This document shows positions 13,001 to 26,649 of a DNA stretch of 64,000 nt, in pieces. Positions within the stretch are counted from its first letter, which is position 1; every line of letters starts with the position of its first letter. Under the pieces are notes generated by a model. It was not told the DNA's origin and did not search any database. It worked only from the letters and a program-made list of their open reading frames with translations. Source of the stretch: Azolla caroliniana (Eukaryota > Plantae > Polypodiophyta). The stretch spans positions 14,942,001-15,006,000 of the forward strand of contig JBHGNT010000020.1 in the NCBI GenBank assembly GCA_043228905.1, in the 5' to 3' direction. A program made the translations under genes and the position numbers.

Positions 13001-16000
13001 TTGTATTACCTTCAATCTTGGATTCTAAAGTTTGATCATTTGAAAATGGTTTTCTAGTAATATAGCGAACAACAACTTCAGCGGGCTCATACCAGCAACA
13101 CTCCTACAGAAAGAAGGTCTAATTCTTAGGTATATTACAGATCTTTTTATATATCTGTGAGCCATTGTACAGTAAAATGTAACCAAAATGCGGACTTGGA
13201 AAATCTGGAACTCATAGTTATCTTTTCCTTCGAGCGTTATAATCATATGAAGATATGTGCACAGTAATCAAATCATGTAGGGCGAATGAGTAAAATAAAT
13301 GGGACCTTATTAAGAAGATCGAGTTAAAATTACCTTACTTTTGTTGTACAAGTACTTTATCATATGCAAAGAAGTTAATTGTCAATATGAAATGGTCGTC
13401 ATAAGGTTTTATGGCACTGGGGCCCAAAGGTAATGACTTTACCCAGCGGCACAGGCACTGTTGGCCCAGAACAGTGATTTCCCACAGTGAAACTCAATAA
13501 ATGAACATTTGCAGAAAGGAAGAGTTGGGGCCCACATTACATGTCCATTCAACCCCTCTTTCTGAATCAGCTTTTAATCATGGAAGCATATCCATGACAT
13601 GGAGCTAGAGTCCAAGAGCAGTGATTGTTGAACAACTTTAGGGCATCTATATCTTATAATTGAGTACCTTTAGAAATCCTTTCTAGTCAAGCCACATTTA
13701 TATTGAACATATCCCTAGCTAGAAGTACCTGAAGAGTTATTATGTGCATTGAAATGAACACTAAAGTATCCACCCTTAGCTTACTCTACATCCAAAATCC
13801 TAATTTTTACTCCAGACACTGATGAGAGTGAACTGATCTTTGCTGCTAATCCACTTCTAAAATATACCGTGCATAATTACTAGTCATTCCTATCTGCAAT
13901 TTTCTCCAGATCTGAGCCTAGAAAGGATGAAAGGGCCATGAATATCATCTCAACGATGTTATTCATATAATTTTGGGAGCAAAAATTACATAATGCCCAA
14001 ATTGTTATTCTCCCCAAATAAAATAAATGGGTGTATTATACATTAGTACCCTAAAAAATTGAAGTGATAACAAAAACAGAATTGCGTTTAACTGAAATAT
14101 TGGATTTATAGGTATGACGGGAATAGCTTTTTATGTACAATTCAAAATGCTACCTGTGGTCCCCCATCCTCATCGAGCGACAAAAAAAGTAACGTCGGTT
14201 CGATTGTCGGAGGAACTGTTGGGGCATTCATATTGTTTGGGATCATATTAGGACTTTTAGGGTTCTGGAAATGGAGAAAAGATCGTGTAAAAGCCCAAAA
14301 TGAGATTGAGATATTACAAACTAAGATTACTACAGGTACACCTAAAACTTATTGAACCTGTTTAAGTTTTATTTCGGGTTAAGATGCTTGAAATGGTTTT
14401 GAATCATTCTTCAAGTCAGGTTTTGAATGGAAATCAGAGTCATTTTATTCCATGTGCAGGCGATATTGAGGAGGAAGGACTTATAAGGAATGACGAGATC
14501 AAGAGTGCCACCAATATTGCCCACAGATTCACCGCTCAACAGATCAAAACTGCCACAAATGATTACTTGGAGGTCCTTGGTGAAGGTGGTTTTGGTCCAG
14601 TATATAAGGGAAATCTTCCAACTGGTGAAGATGTAGCTATTAAGATTCTATCGAATGCCTCCCAACAAGGAGCACAAGAATTTCTCAACGAGGTATGTGT
14701 ATTTACTTTGTTTTGGTTGAAACCTAAGGATTGATCCTTATAATTTACTATGTTTTTTAAATTAGCCCTTGCTTTCTTTCCTCAAACGCTGTCTAAATTT
14801 CTTTTGTTTTCGATATTTGTAGGTCACTCTACTCTCTCGTGTTCACCACAAGAATCTCGTCGGATTTGTGGGCTATTCAATTGACAAATCACTAGTGCTG
14901 GTTTATGAGTTTATGTCAAATGGTTCACTGCATGACGCCCTTTCCAGTAAGATAACCCATCCTTTGTGTCATAATACTTTCAATTCCCCCAATCTTTGAG
15001 CCTAAAATACTCTATATATTGGCTTCCATCATATTAAGAGTCAGACACTATATATTTCACATCATATGCATGGTATAATTAAAACTAGAAATAATCGTCA
15101 TGTACATATTTAAAATGAAATCAAGTGTATAATAGTAATCACTTAATTAAGGCCGCTTCTACATTTCATAACGTTTGTTTTGTTGTTTACTCATTAATAA
15201 AAGGGAAAAAATCGTCGGTAACTCTGTCATGGCTCCAGAGATTACAAATTTTGTCGGATGCAGCACAAGGTAATGAAATTAATAACATTTTATTTTTATA
15301 CCATTAGTTTTTCGTCTTGTGTGTTGAAAACAATGTCTTTTATAATGTAGGACTTGCATATCTACATGATGGATGTAACATCATCCATCGAGATGTGAAG
15401 AGCAGCAATATCTTACTATCCAGCAACCTAGAAGGGAAAATGTCTGATTTTGGAATATCCAAAATCACATCCCATGATCCTAGTAATGCAGCAACAAGGA
15501 TTGTTGGTACTATGGGATATCTAGATCCAGAGTAAGTACTTCTTAAACTATAGATAATTGCTAAAGTTAATTAGAAATAGTTATCTTAAAATGCTACCCA
15601 AAACCAAAACATTATACTGGTTTAAGAAAAATATATTTTATCATATTGGCAGTGTAAGGCTATGTATGACAAAGTTTTAATGATCTTTGATTTTTCAATT
15701 TTTGTAACATAGGTATGCATCCACAATGGTGTTGACAGAGAAGGTGGACATATATAGCTTTGGGGTGGTTATCTTTGAAACCATATGTGGGCAAGTACCT
15801 GTGATGAAAGATCCAAAACAGAGACATAGAGACATCCACCTTGTTGAATGGGTAATCCACTCACAAAATAATGCTAGAATCAAATAGAAATTCGCGAGAG
15901 TTGTTAAAACTTAATTCCTTTTTGAATTTCTCAGGCAAGACCCTCATACGAGCAAGGAATGATCCAAGAAGTTGTCGATGATCGGCTTAAAGATGAATAC

Positions 16001-16192
16001 AATTTGTCATCTGTTTGGAAAGTGGCAGAGGTTGCCATGGCCTGCGTCCAAAGGGATGGAATAAACAGACCTACAATGTACACCGTTTGCAGTGAGCTAC
16101 GTGAAGCCATAAAAATAGAATCAGCTTCTGACGCCTCACCAATTACCACCGGAGAAGTTTCTTCCTTACATATAAATGTCCAAGCTCGATGA
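10056..16192 (+). CDS. RLK-A: malectin-like-domain LRR receptor-like Ser/Thr kinase (LRR-I/IOS1-like), apparently intact, 15 exons
   Basis: Exons read by GT-AG: 10056-10146 (signal peptide); 10256-10868 and 10967-11496 (malectin-like: [35 protein letters not shown]); 11601-11745 (GDPC..WIDC cap); 72-bp LRR exons 11838-11909, 12608-12679, 12881-12952, 13058-13129; 14112-14335 (TM); kinase exons 14460-14692, 14823-14946, 15204-15269, 15351-15531, 15713-15851, 15935-16192 ([28 protein letters not shown]). Confidence 0.93.
12751..12825 (+). pseudogene. Decayed duplicate of the last LRR exon inside an RLK-A intron
   Basis: 'cag|taatctagcaggcaac...ataccagca' parallels the functional exon 13058-13129, but it has a poly-T insertion and no clear donor site. 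Confidence 0.65.
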
Positions 16193-18248
16193 GGAACAAT
16201 ATGGATGAGTACCCAAATTTAGATTTATATGCAGAATAAAGCTGGCAGTGCATAACAATCTATGAGATAAATACGCAAGTGTTTGTCTTCAACATACAAG
16301 TACATATTGTGGTCTCAAATGTACTATATTTAATATAGAGCCAGATCATGATTTTCTAAGCCAATAATTTGCAAAACTAGATGATCCACCACTGTTGAAT
16401 GTATGTTGTATATTAGACTGTAGTCTTCTCCAGATTTCTCACCTTGATTTTGCTACAAATTTATTAGGTCAGTATATCTATGCATAATTATTTGTTTGAT
16501 TAAAAGGTAGTTGATGATAGAGATCGAAAAGTCAATGCTTCCCCATTGTGCTTTACCATGTAATGCCCAGTCTTTCACAATGTAATTATATCCCATCAAT
16601 ATAAGTTGGGTTAATAGAACTATTCTTTTGATGTTCAAATGGGTTTTATTTTCCTAAAATGAATTCTACTTTAATTTTCAGTAGATCTCAGTGCTCACCA
16701 TAAAATGTGTTCAGTTGGTTAATCTTCATGATCATGGGGACATATATTATACTAATAATATGCTTGTTTCCTGAATATAGCATTAAATGAATGTAGGATT
16801 AATTATGATGATACTAGGATTAATTTCTATAGCATGTTTTGCGCAATAATTAATCTAAAAGCATGTCCCCTCCAGATCCAAGTAGTTTTAGACTTGATTA
16901 CATAATCATTTCCTTGAAGCTTTAATTTATAGACCAATTGTGCAAGAGGTTAATCGATATCCTCTAGTACCAATAATTAATTATAATAATTTTAGCAACA
17001 TTTACAGCATTGATATGAAGGGATTCCACATCCATCCAAACAACTTAAACTTTGTTTTATGTGACACTAGTTCAATACTACCCAATAAATAAAATTCTTT
17101 TGACCCGGTTTCTCTCCTACACCAATTATTACGGGAAACATTCTAATCGCATAGTCTAGCCTTGTCAAATTGTTGCGATAAAATGGTTTTCGTTGACCTT
17201 CTCTTTAAACATCCTAATATTTGATATCTCCTTATGGTTATTTGTCGTTATCTATATCATAAAGTTTTGAATCTTTTTAAACCATCGATTTATATTCTTT
17301 TCTCATTTTCTTTTGATTTGTTTACTTCGTTTTAGCTAATTTGTTTTAATATAACCCCCACAAAGTACTTAGCTTTTGACATGTTGAGATCTAACTTTTA
17401 AGAGCGAGCTTCAAACTTGTTTGTTGGTGCAGCCTTTCTTAAGAAATCAACCTGCACACAAGTCTTAATTTGTAGAGAGGCATGGACTTTTAGAGCAAGC
17501 TTCATTACTTTGTTAGTAGAACCTTTCTTAAGAAAACAACCCATTTAGGATTGGTAGATAATACAAACTTTATTCTTAAGTCTATTCTCGATGGTGAAAC
17601 TAATAACTCTATCATGAAATGGTATTTGAAATCCGCACTTTTTGTGCTTCTAATTCTTACACAAGTAGATTCAGTTGTGTCATGGCAATGGCTTAATTAG
17701 CAACACCATCATTTTCGAACCTCACCACAAAGTCATAATCTAATTTGTAGTGTTTTAAGTCTTATTTGCACGCTTGATGGAATAAGATCATATGTAGCTC
17801 TTGTAGGATGAAATGGTACTATATGTAGGAGTCTGTCATGGGACAATCAGTGCCATGAATGCAAAGAAAGAAAGAGTGGGGTCATTATATAAAAAGCAGA
17901 ATCATAGTATGTAAGATGCACTATAGACATGGCCCTTGCTTTTAAGGCCTTCCTTCCTTTATTTTGTCAAACGTCTTATAGAAATTAGTTGATTTATTGT
18001 CAACCTTCTTAATAGTTGAAGAACCTACTTTTAGATCTTTTTGAAAATTAATTTTTTTGTGTAGACTTTGATTTTAAATAGAGCAATAAATAAATAAATA
18101 TTTATTTATTTATTTATTTAATATATATATATATATATATGCATGCATCCATACACGCAACATAGAGTTGACTCTCATCAAATTGTATTATTTATCAATT
18201 AGGTGCTTTTCCTCTCTGCATCATTCATCCCCAAGCAGAAGAAGCAGA

Positions 18249-21200
18249 ATGGCGGCGGCGCTGGCTTGTGGCCGCCTTACCAATGGTTGTATGTGGATCA
18301 TGAATATCCCCATTGTGTCCCTGCAGATCCTGTTTGTCAATCACCTCCTCCACTACACCCTGGCTCAACAATCCGGTGTGCCTCTTCGATTTTTGTATGT
18401 TGGATCTGATCTACTTCATATCATATTGCTGAAATGGTTGCATTTGTGCTAGGGTTCTTGAGCATCGATTGCGGGTCCTCGGCTGCCGCCAACTACACGA
18501 ACCCTGCCACTACGATCCAATGGTGGCCAGACACCATGATTTGGCCGGAAATCGGAAATTGGTCGGCCACTGCTAGCGTGAGCCCGCCCGAGTCCATGGC
18601 CGACCAGACCCAATATGCCACTCTGCGCTATTTCCCCACCCAACAACACAAGGCCCTGAACCACAGCAAGTTCTGCTACACCCTGCCCGCCATAGCCGAC
18701 AACTACTACTTGATCCGTGCCTCCTTTTGGATGGGCCCGAAGGAATTGTACCCTACTAGAGTCAGCTGGCAGATCCGGTTTCGTGTGATTGTGGACACTT
18801 ATGAAGGGATAGAGGTCATCATTAACTTTCCTCAGAGCAATCCATGGTTCGAAGAGATGTACATCCCCGCACGCAGTGGAAGGTCATCAGTTTCGGTATG
18901 CCTCTCGGCTGCATCCGACAGCAGTGACATGCCATTCATAAACTCTGTGGAGTTGCGTCCTCTCCCGTCCACAATGAAGCCGGTGGAGATGATCAAGAAC
19001 ACAAACTACACGCTGCGCACTGTCTGGCGAGAGGACTCCGGTGCCTATTCCGAAGTTCCGCCGATCCTAAGGTCACTAATTATCGATGAAATGATGCGCG
19101 AGTTTAAGCAGCTGCGAAGATTAATTTATGCCTGCATTCTATGTCTTGTGCTCTCCAGGTATCCGAAGGACACCATCGATAGGTTCTGGTGGAAACTCGA
19201 TAATTCTGTCTTATATGTATACCAGACTATTCAATCGGTGGCTATGGAGGATTCTTATGATTTTCCTCCAGAGGCAGCGATGCAAAGCAATTTCATCAAC
19301 CGCACTATCGTCGTCAATCCAAGTGCTCGAGCATCATCCAATGTGTTGACGGTTAAAACACTCCGTGGAAGCCACTACTATTTCATGGTGTTATGGTTTG
19401 TTGAGTTCAGTGCAAATGTTAACGCCTCTGGACAGAGAGTGTTCGATGTCGCCATCAATGGGGAGGTCTTTGAGAAAGCTATCGACATATACGATCGGGT
19501 CGGTCCCTACAGAGCTCTTGAGGTCTATAGTTTGACAGATAGGCCATTGGGGCCTTATGTAGACCAATTTGTAATTGAGGTTCATAATTCATCCACCTCT
19601 AATTACTATCCTAGCTTGGCTGCAGTTGAGATCTTGCAGCTGTTCGACAACCCCATGAACACCACCACCTCCTCGGCTGATGGTCCGTCGCCCTAATCCA
19701 ATTAATTTTCCGCTCCGTAAACTAAATGCCACTCATCGATAACTCCTTCATTGTGCATATAATTTGATTGCAGTTCTGGCTATACAAGATTTGGTTACAA
19801 GCAGCCTGCCAGCATTACAAAGATTTATGGGGGACCCATGCTTACCGCTTCGATACAAGTACTCATGGATCGATTGTGATCATTCAAACCAAAATCTACC
19901 GGCTAGAGTAACATCTATGTGCGTGTGTGATTCATTATAAACATCTATGTGCAAATCCACATGTCGATCACAAGCCCTCATCATTGATTGTGATAAATGA
20001 TGTGCGTATTAACTTGATTCGATGTGTTTTGTTTGATATAATTCATGCAGCTCCTTATCTAACTATAGTCTAGTAGGGACTCTTGCAAGCAGCATCAACA
20101 ACTTGGATCAACTTGTCACACTGTAAGACCACTTTTATTTCTGATAATTATAGTGTTAATTGATAGTAGAAACATAATCACTTCACTGACTGCTATGGAG
20201 GTGAAATTATACATTGGAAACATATATATTATTGATTCTGGTGTGCACAGCGTGTTGAGTGACAATGCCTTGCAAGGGCCTTTGCCGAGCTTCAATAATT
20301 TGGTGAATCTTCAAACCTTGTAAGTTATTTGTGTTCTCTCTGCTGAAGTACTACATAGAATTAAGTAAAAGCATTTCACTACCTCATGAATATACAGTAT
20401 GTTGTTGGGAAAGGGTGCCCAAATACCGATTGACAACCAAAATACACATTAACGCAAATAGATGGGCATGATTGTTCTAAGAGATACAAATCTATGGCAA
20501 ATCCAAGAAATTTAGCTCATTAGGAAGCAGTAAATTGAATTTTGAGATATCTACCAGGCACCATAGAGAAATCTCACGCATATAACATACAAACGCACAA
20601 ACATTTCTATTCCATTACATGAGAACTAACATTTCTACTTCTCCAAATCATCAGACTTCATTTTGTGTAGTCACACACTTCTCCAAGCCCTTATATAAGT
20701 TCCTCAAGAAATCTTGTGTATTTTGTGTATAATTGGGCTTGGACGGTTCACAATACGAAAATCTAATTCGACTTTCACTCTTGTGTATCTTATTTACTTC
20801 AGAAAAAACTAAGCAGCAGCAATTTTCAAGAAGTGGAATTATTGACACATTTATATCTATTAACACTAATAGAGACTATGAGATTTATTTTGTAACTTTA
20901 ACAAAGAAAATGGTGACTTATTAATTTCATGTGATGCCCCATCAAATACATTGTAGGGATTTAAGCAATAACAGATTTATTTTGTAACTTTAACAAAGAA
21001 AATGGTGACTTATTAATTCCATGTGATGCCCCATCAAATACATTGTAGGGATTTAAGCAATAACAGTTTCAGTGGTGAAATACCTGATGCATTGTCAAAT
21101 TTGCCGAAACTAACATACCTGTAAGTATCTCTATCTTGAGTTTTCTCTATCCAAATATCAATATATATTGCATTTATCTGCCTAAGGTTTTATTTACTTT

Positions 21201-24200
21201 TATGATCAACTTAAGATATTACAACGTTTTAAAGCGACTTTTAATAACTTGGTAAACAGAAAATATCAATTTACACTTTAATCTACCAATGTTTTTGTTT
21301 ACTATCACGAACGGCGTAATATATTACAATGCTTTATAATGACTTTCCAGTAACCTAGAAAACAACAAGTTTTACGGAACGATACCAACAACACTACTGC
21401 AAAAAAACGGTCTTGATTTCAGGTATATTACTATTAAGATCTTTGTGAGTCAAAGAGAATATTATGTCATTATATATAAACATGAAAAATTGTTAACTCG
21501 CATTTATGCTTCTAGTCTACATTATAAAAAAATCTAATCTTAAACCAAAATTATACATTGCTAGTGAATATGCATAGTAAAACATACTGAGTGAAACATG
21601 GTGAATCCTAAGGTGACATAATAGAAATATCGTTGTCATGTGCATGTAAATCCATTGGATGTGAAGTTGTAGTAGTAAGTATTTGCCACAATGAGATATT
21701 CATTTTACAAATCGTATATATAATCAAGCAAAAGGGAGAAAAAATTCAAACAAATTGCTATCCTTCATTAAACTTTCTCTAGATATGCTTTGCAAGATAA
21801 AACCATGTAGAACATGTGGTGGGGAATATGTGTTTGAGTAATGCTATACACATAGAATGATGTGGTGTTTTGGAGTTGTTTTTTTATGTTGTTTCATCTA
21901 CACATTGTTTTCCTTTGACATGCAAGATGTCTTGTAAGATATGAGTTGTAAATGATTCCTTTGTACATTCTTAACTAATGGAAGTAGATGTTTTTGGAAA
22001 AAAAAAAAAAAAACCATGTAGAACATAAAACATTAAAACAGTTGCTTTATTGAGCCTACTATTTGTTATCCTTTATTATATTGAACATTAGCTCTCTTAT
22101 TTGATCAAATTCTAGAGGTACTCATCACAAACTCTTAAGTTTCACTCGACATCTAACCTCAAGAGTGGTTATTGAATATGTGCTCATAGGTAATTGATGT
22201 GGGTGGCACAATATTTGACCCACCACTTTGTCCATGATCATGGGGTCTAGAGCTTGCATGTTACATAACACAAACCTTTGATGTGTTGCAAAAACAAAGT
22301 ATTAAATAAACCCATATAAGTAAAGCTTATATTGGTCTAGTCACTAGTGTTGAAGGAATTTGAAAATTGCAACTAGAACCCATATAAGTAAAGGTTATAT
22401 TGGTCTACTCAGAAGTGTTGAAGGAATTTGAAAATTGCAACTAGGTTTAAAAACCTCAATTGTGATTTTTGTTGGTTTTGGAATTTCCGATTTGTGTTGA
22501 AATGTGTCAAACTTTCCGATGGAGTTTAGACTTGTTCTACGACCTGTTTGTCCAAAACCGTTGGGATTAACTACACATTATAATAAACTACAATGAAGTA
22601 AGCATTAGATTGCAATGTAACCAAACTATATAATATGTAATTGTATCAAAGATGGAAATGTTGGAATTTTGAGATGACCAAATTTTAGTAGGGCACAATT
22701 TATGTAGCAAACAACAAACATGCATTTCAATATGGTCAGCTTTGCTTAAATTCACAAAGACAAAGGCAAAGGAAAGCATTAATGTTAAGTTTGAAATTTT
22801 GATTTTCAGATACGAGGGTAATAAAAATTTAGTATTGGAGGGGAAGGGGAAAAACATTCGTTTGATTATCGGAGCCAGTGTTGGTGCAATACTACTATTT
22901 ATTATTTTAGCATCAACATTTCTCTACATTGTGGTGTGGAGAAAGGTTCAAACAAATAATTCAGAGGAAACACAAGTAGTTCAACCTCCAATTCATGCCC
23001 AATCTTCATCTGCTTATCAAGACCCTAATGGTATATTGCTTAATTGTCCTGAAGAGAATGTAATTCATTTTCTTGGCATCAAATGCTTGGTTTGCGTTTC
23101 TGCTTTATGCTTACAATAAATCTTCAATAATACCTGCAAAATCCATTTCCACAAAAGCTAATATCGCTCAATTTTTATCTACAGGCAATGTTAAGAAAGA
23201 AGAACTTATTAAAGCGACTAATGTCGCCAAAGAATTTACGTTTGAGGAGATCAAAACTGTGACAAATAACTTCTCGGAAATCCTCGGTCAAGGTGGTTTC
23301 GGTTCGGTATATAAGGGATATCTTTCGGCAGGTTTAGATGTAGCCATTAAAATATTATCTCACGCCTCAGAACAGGGGCCGCAAGAATTTCTGAATGAGG
23401 TATTTAATGTCTGTTAAACTATATGTATGTAATTTCTTATGGGGAAACCAGTTACAAAATATAGTTTTGTACAATGGATGAAATTAGACTATTTTTATGC
23501 GTGTTTGACGTGCCTGCACAGACACATAGACTTTGTTAGACTACATTAAGGTGTGAAATATGACCTATATGAGACCAAAACTGAATCATTTTCACAATAG
23601 GATGTGGAAATTAGTGGTGACTCCAGATGTCTGAATAGAAAGAAAACTTGAATATCTTTATGAGATCTAGAGCTCGTGTATAGGGGGGCTAATACTAACC
23701 CATGGTACCTGAGTGCTCAAGTTTTCTCGATGTGTTTCTCCTTCTTAAGAAGAAATATTCATACTTGGGACGTAAAAATTCTTAATTTGTGAATAAGGCA
23801 TATTACACATATGAGCTCAACCTTTCTAGGTGGGTGTTCTCTTTAGTGTGATTCTCAAGTCAACATTTCTCTAAATATGTCATTGTAGCTTTCATGAATC
23901 ACAAATAGTATTGTATGTGGAGCTTGTAAAAAGCAAGTCATATTGATCCTCTACTAGCCCTCTCATGTGCCTTGCATGCCTTGATATTTGTTGCCATAAT
24001 GCAACTTGAATACCGAGCTTGGTTGATTAGTGCAAAAGTGTGCCAGGACTATGCTAGAGTTTGTACACATGTAAGTAATAAGATACGGTTGAATGTGGTC
24101 AAGAGCACCACCGAATCAAAGCAATCTAAATGAAGAAACGTAAATCCCAGTATAAGATAGCCTTAAGTAACAAAAACATTTGTTTGTGCAATATGCTTAC

Positions 24201-26401
24201 ATATAACATTCATAGCCTTTGATGTCCACTCCAATCAATAATTCTCTCTAGATATACTCCCAAGAGGTTTCCAAACATGAAACCCTATAAGGAGTTGCAA
24301 AGAGAGAGTAAAAACACCAAATTGGTTGGAATGTTCATAGGCGCAACCAAATTCGCAAAAACAAGATGTAATCTACCATACAAATAATGTAATTGAAAAC
24401 AAAAAAATACATCATTAGGTCGTAAATGAGTGTTTACAACTTTGAAGACACAAATTGAAGTATCTATTCCTGAACGTGATATCCTTTAAAACAATTAATT
24501 TTTATGCTTAATTGACTAATCATAATCATATCCTTTAGTTAGGATGCTTCAAAACACTCAACACAATTGCACTAATGTTAACCCCGTTTACCTTGTCTCC
24601 TATTGCATCATATTTCATTCTTGTCACCATGACTAACATTATATAAATGTGTATTGGCTAGCTTCTTTAGCATTATCACATTGGCCTACATTGGATATAT
24701 GTTTACTAAATAAACTTTATTTTTCAGAATATTATCAAGAAATAGGCTCAAAAACTAAAATATTGAACTTGGTCGAAGGGTGACTTCCTGATTTATGTAT
24801 AAGCCTCCTTGTATGGTCTCTATGTAATAATCCTTCCTAACTAATGGGAAAGTAGCTTCATTTTGGGGAAAAAAAACTTATGATTGGAAACTTTAATAAA
24901 TTGTGTTGTTTGAAATGCTTCTTTATTTTGTTAACTTTAGGTTACTCTTTTGTCTCGTGTTCACCACAAGAACCTCGTCGGATTTGTGGGATATTCCATC
25001 GAGCAATCTCTCATATTGGTTTATGAATTTATGTCAAATGGTTCATTACATGATGCCCTATCTAGTAAGATAATCCATGAGTTATTTATGTATCTAGATT
25101 TGTCTTGGGATTTAGTTTAAAACATTTAATTTGTAAATTATGCTAAGATTTAATATACAATCCTTACCATGTACCTATTGATAAAAAATAAACACACTAA
25201 ATCGATGAAAAATCAATTGCTTCATTCACTAATATTAGGATGTTTTAGAGTGTTATTGATTTATGATAAGGGAAATGTTCGCAACTTTATAAGAATCTCT
25301 AAAATGCACTTGATTCTATTTATAGACATATTAGAAAGAATAATATTACTATATTTGGCTTAATCGCCTCTGTAAGGCTCCATTGACATTTATTATTTGC
25401 TTGTTTAATGGTTAAAAGGAAGAAACACATCACCAAATCTTTCATGGCGTCAAAGATTACAAATTTTGTTTGATGCTGCGCAAGGTAATAAGTTTTTTAA
25501 ATAGTATATTATTTTAACACCCATTTTGTTTCCATATTATTATGTTGAAATCTCTTTTTATAATGTAGGACTTGCTTATCTACACCATGGATGTAACATT
25601 ATTCATAGAGATGTGAAGAGTAGCAATATTTTATTATCTCAAAATCTAGAAGGGAAGATGTCTGATTTTGGAATATCAAGGATCACTCCCAGTGACACAA
25701 ATCCTCTAACAAGGGTGATTGGTACCGTCGGATACCTAGATCCAACGTAAGTTTTTGTGTTCTTAAATCTTATCATTCATCAATAAAGTAATTTTAAATA
25801 TCATTCATAACTGTATTTAGATGAATTTTCCTTATATCATTATGGGTTTTTAAAGCCTTATTCAAGATGCTAACAATGTTCATGGGTAAATTTTATAATT
25901 TATACTATTTATTTCCATAGGTATGCATACACCTCAAAACTGACAGAGAAGGCTGATATATATAGCTTTGGTGTGGTTCTTCTAGAAACTATATGTGGAC
26001 TACCTCCTATCATCAAAGATAAAACACAGAATATTGACATCCATATAGTTGAATGGGTATGATTGCTAAAAAATCAAGAAATTATGTTAGAATAACATAT
26101 TATATAAATTGAAAGAATTATATGTTAAAATGTTCTTATTGCATAGGTAAAAACCTCGTATGAAAATGGAAAGATTGAAGAAGTTGTTGATAAACAACTT
26201 GATAATGAATATAATGTGTCATCAATATGGAAAGTAGCAGAGATTGCAATGTCTTGTGTCCAGTTTGAAGCAATAAAAAGACCTACAATGGCTAATATTT
26301 GTAATGACTTAGCTGAAGCTGTAAGAATGGGAGAGAATTATGAATTCTCACAAAATGTAATTGGAGAAACTCAATCATATTCAAATGTGAAACCTCGATG
26401 A
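18249..26401 (+). CDS. RLK-B: malectin-like-domain LRR receptor-like kinase, apparently intact, 15 exons (alternative start at 18300)
   Basis: Exons 18249-18375, 18453-19071, 19159-19682, 19774-19918; LRR exons 20051-20122, 20251-20319, 21049-21120, 21351-21422; TM 22810-23030; kinase 23185-23399, 24941-25064, 25419-25484, 25569-25746, 25921-26056, 26147-26401. Same intron phases as RLK-A. Motifs GQGGFG, VAIK, HRD, DFG, GYLDPTY. Confidence 0.93.
20881..21064 (+). repeat. 92-bp tandem duplication spanning an LRR-exon splice acceptor
   Basis: 'agatttattttgtaactttaac...cattgtagggatttaagcaataac' occurs twice back to back. The same duplication is at ~63248-63431. Confidence 0.9.
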
Positions 26402-26649
26402 CGAATTATGTGCAGTAGCAAGTTTTCTATTTACATGTATATAATCGACCAAAACATAAAATTTATTCTGTTACTTTAAGTCCGCAGTATTCAGGCCATT
26501 TTGTACTTCAACATTAAAAACTATCTATGTTTGAGAAAAACAAAAATAGGTTTGATGTGATATTAAAACATATTATTAACCTTTTATAATACATGCTTTG
26601 ATTTATTGTATTAAACTAGTAAGATCACAAATATTGAAGACTTAAGCTT

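Noticed and set aside
18434-19696. 420-aa ORF as a stand-alone secreted malectin protein
   Set aside because: It is exons 2 and 3 of RLK-B read through an 87-bp stop-free intron whose splice sites are conserved in the paralogues.
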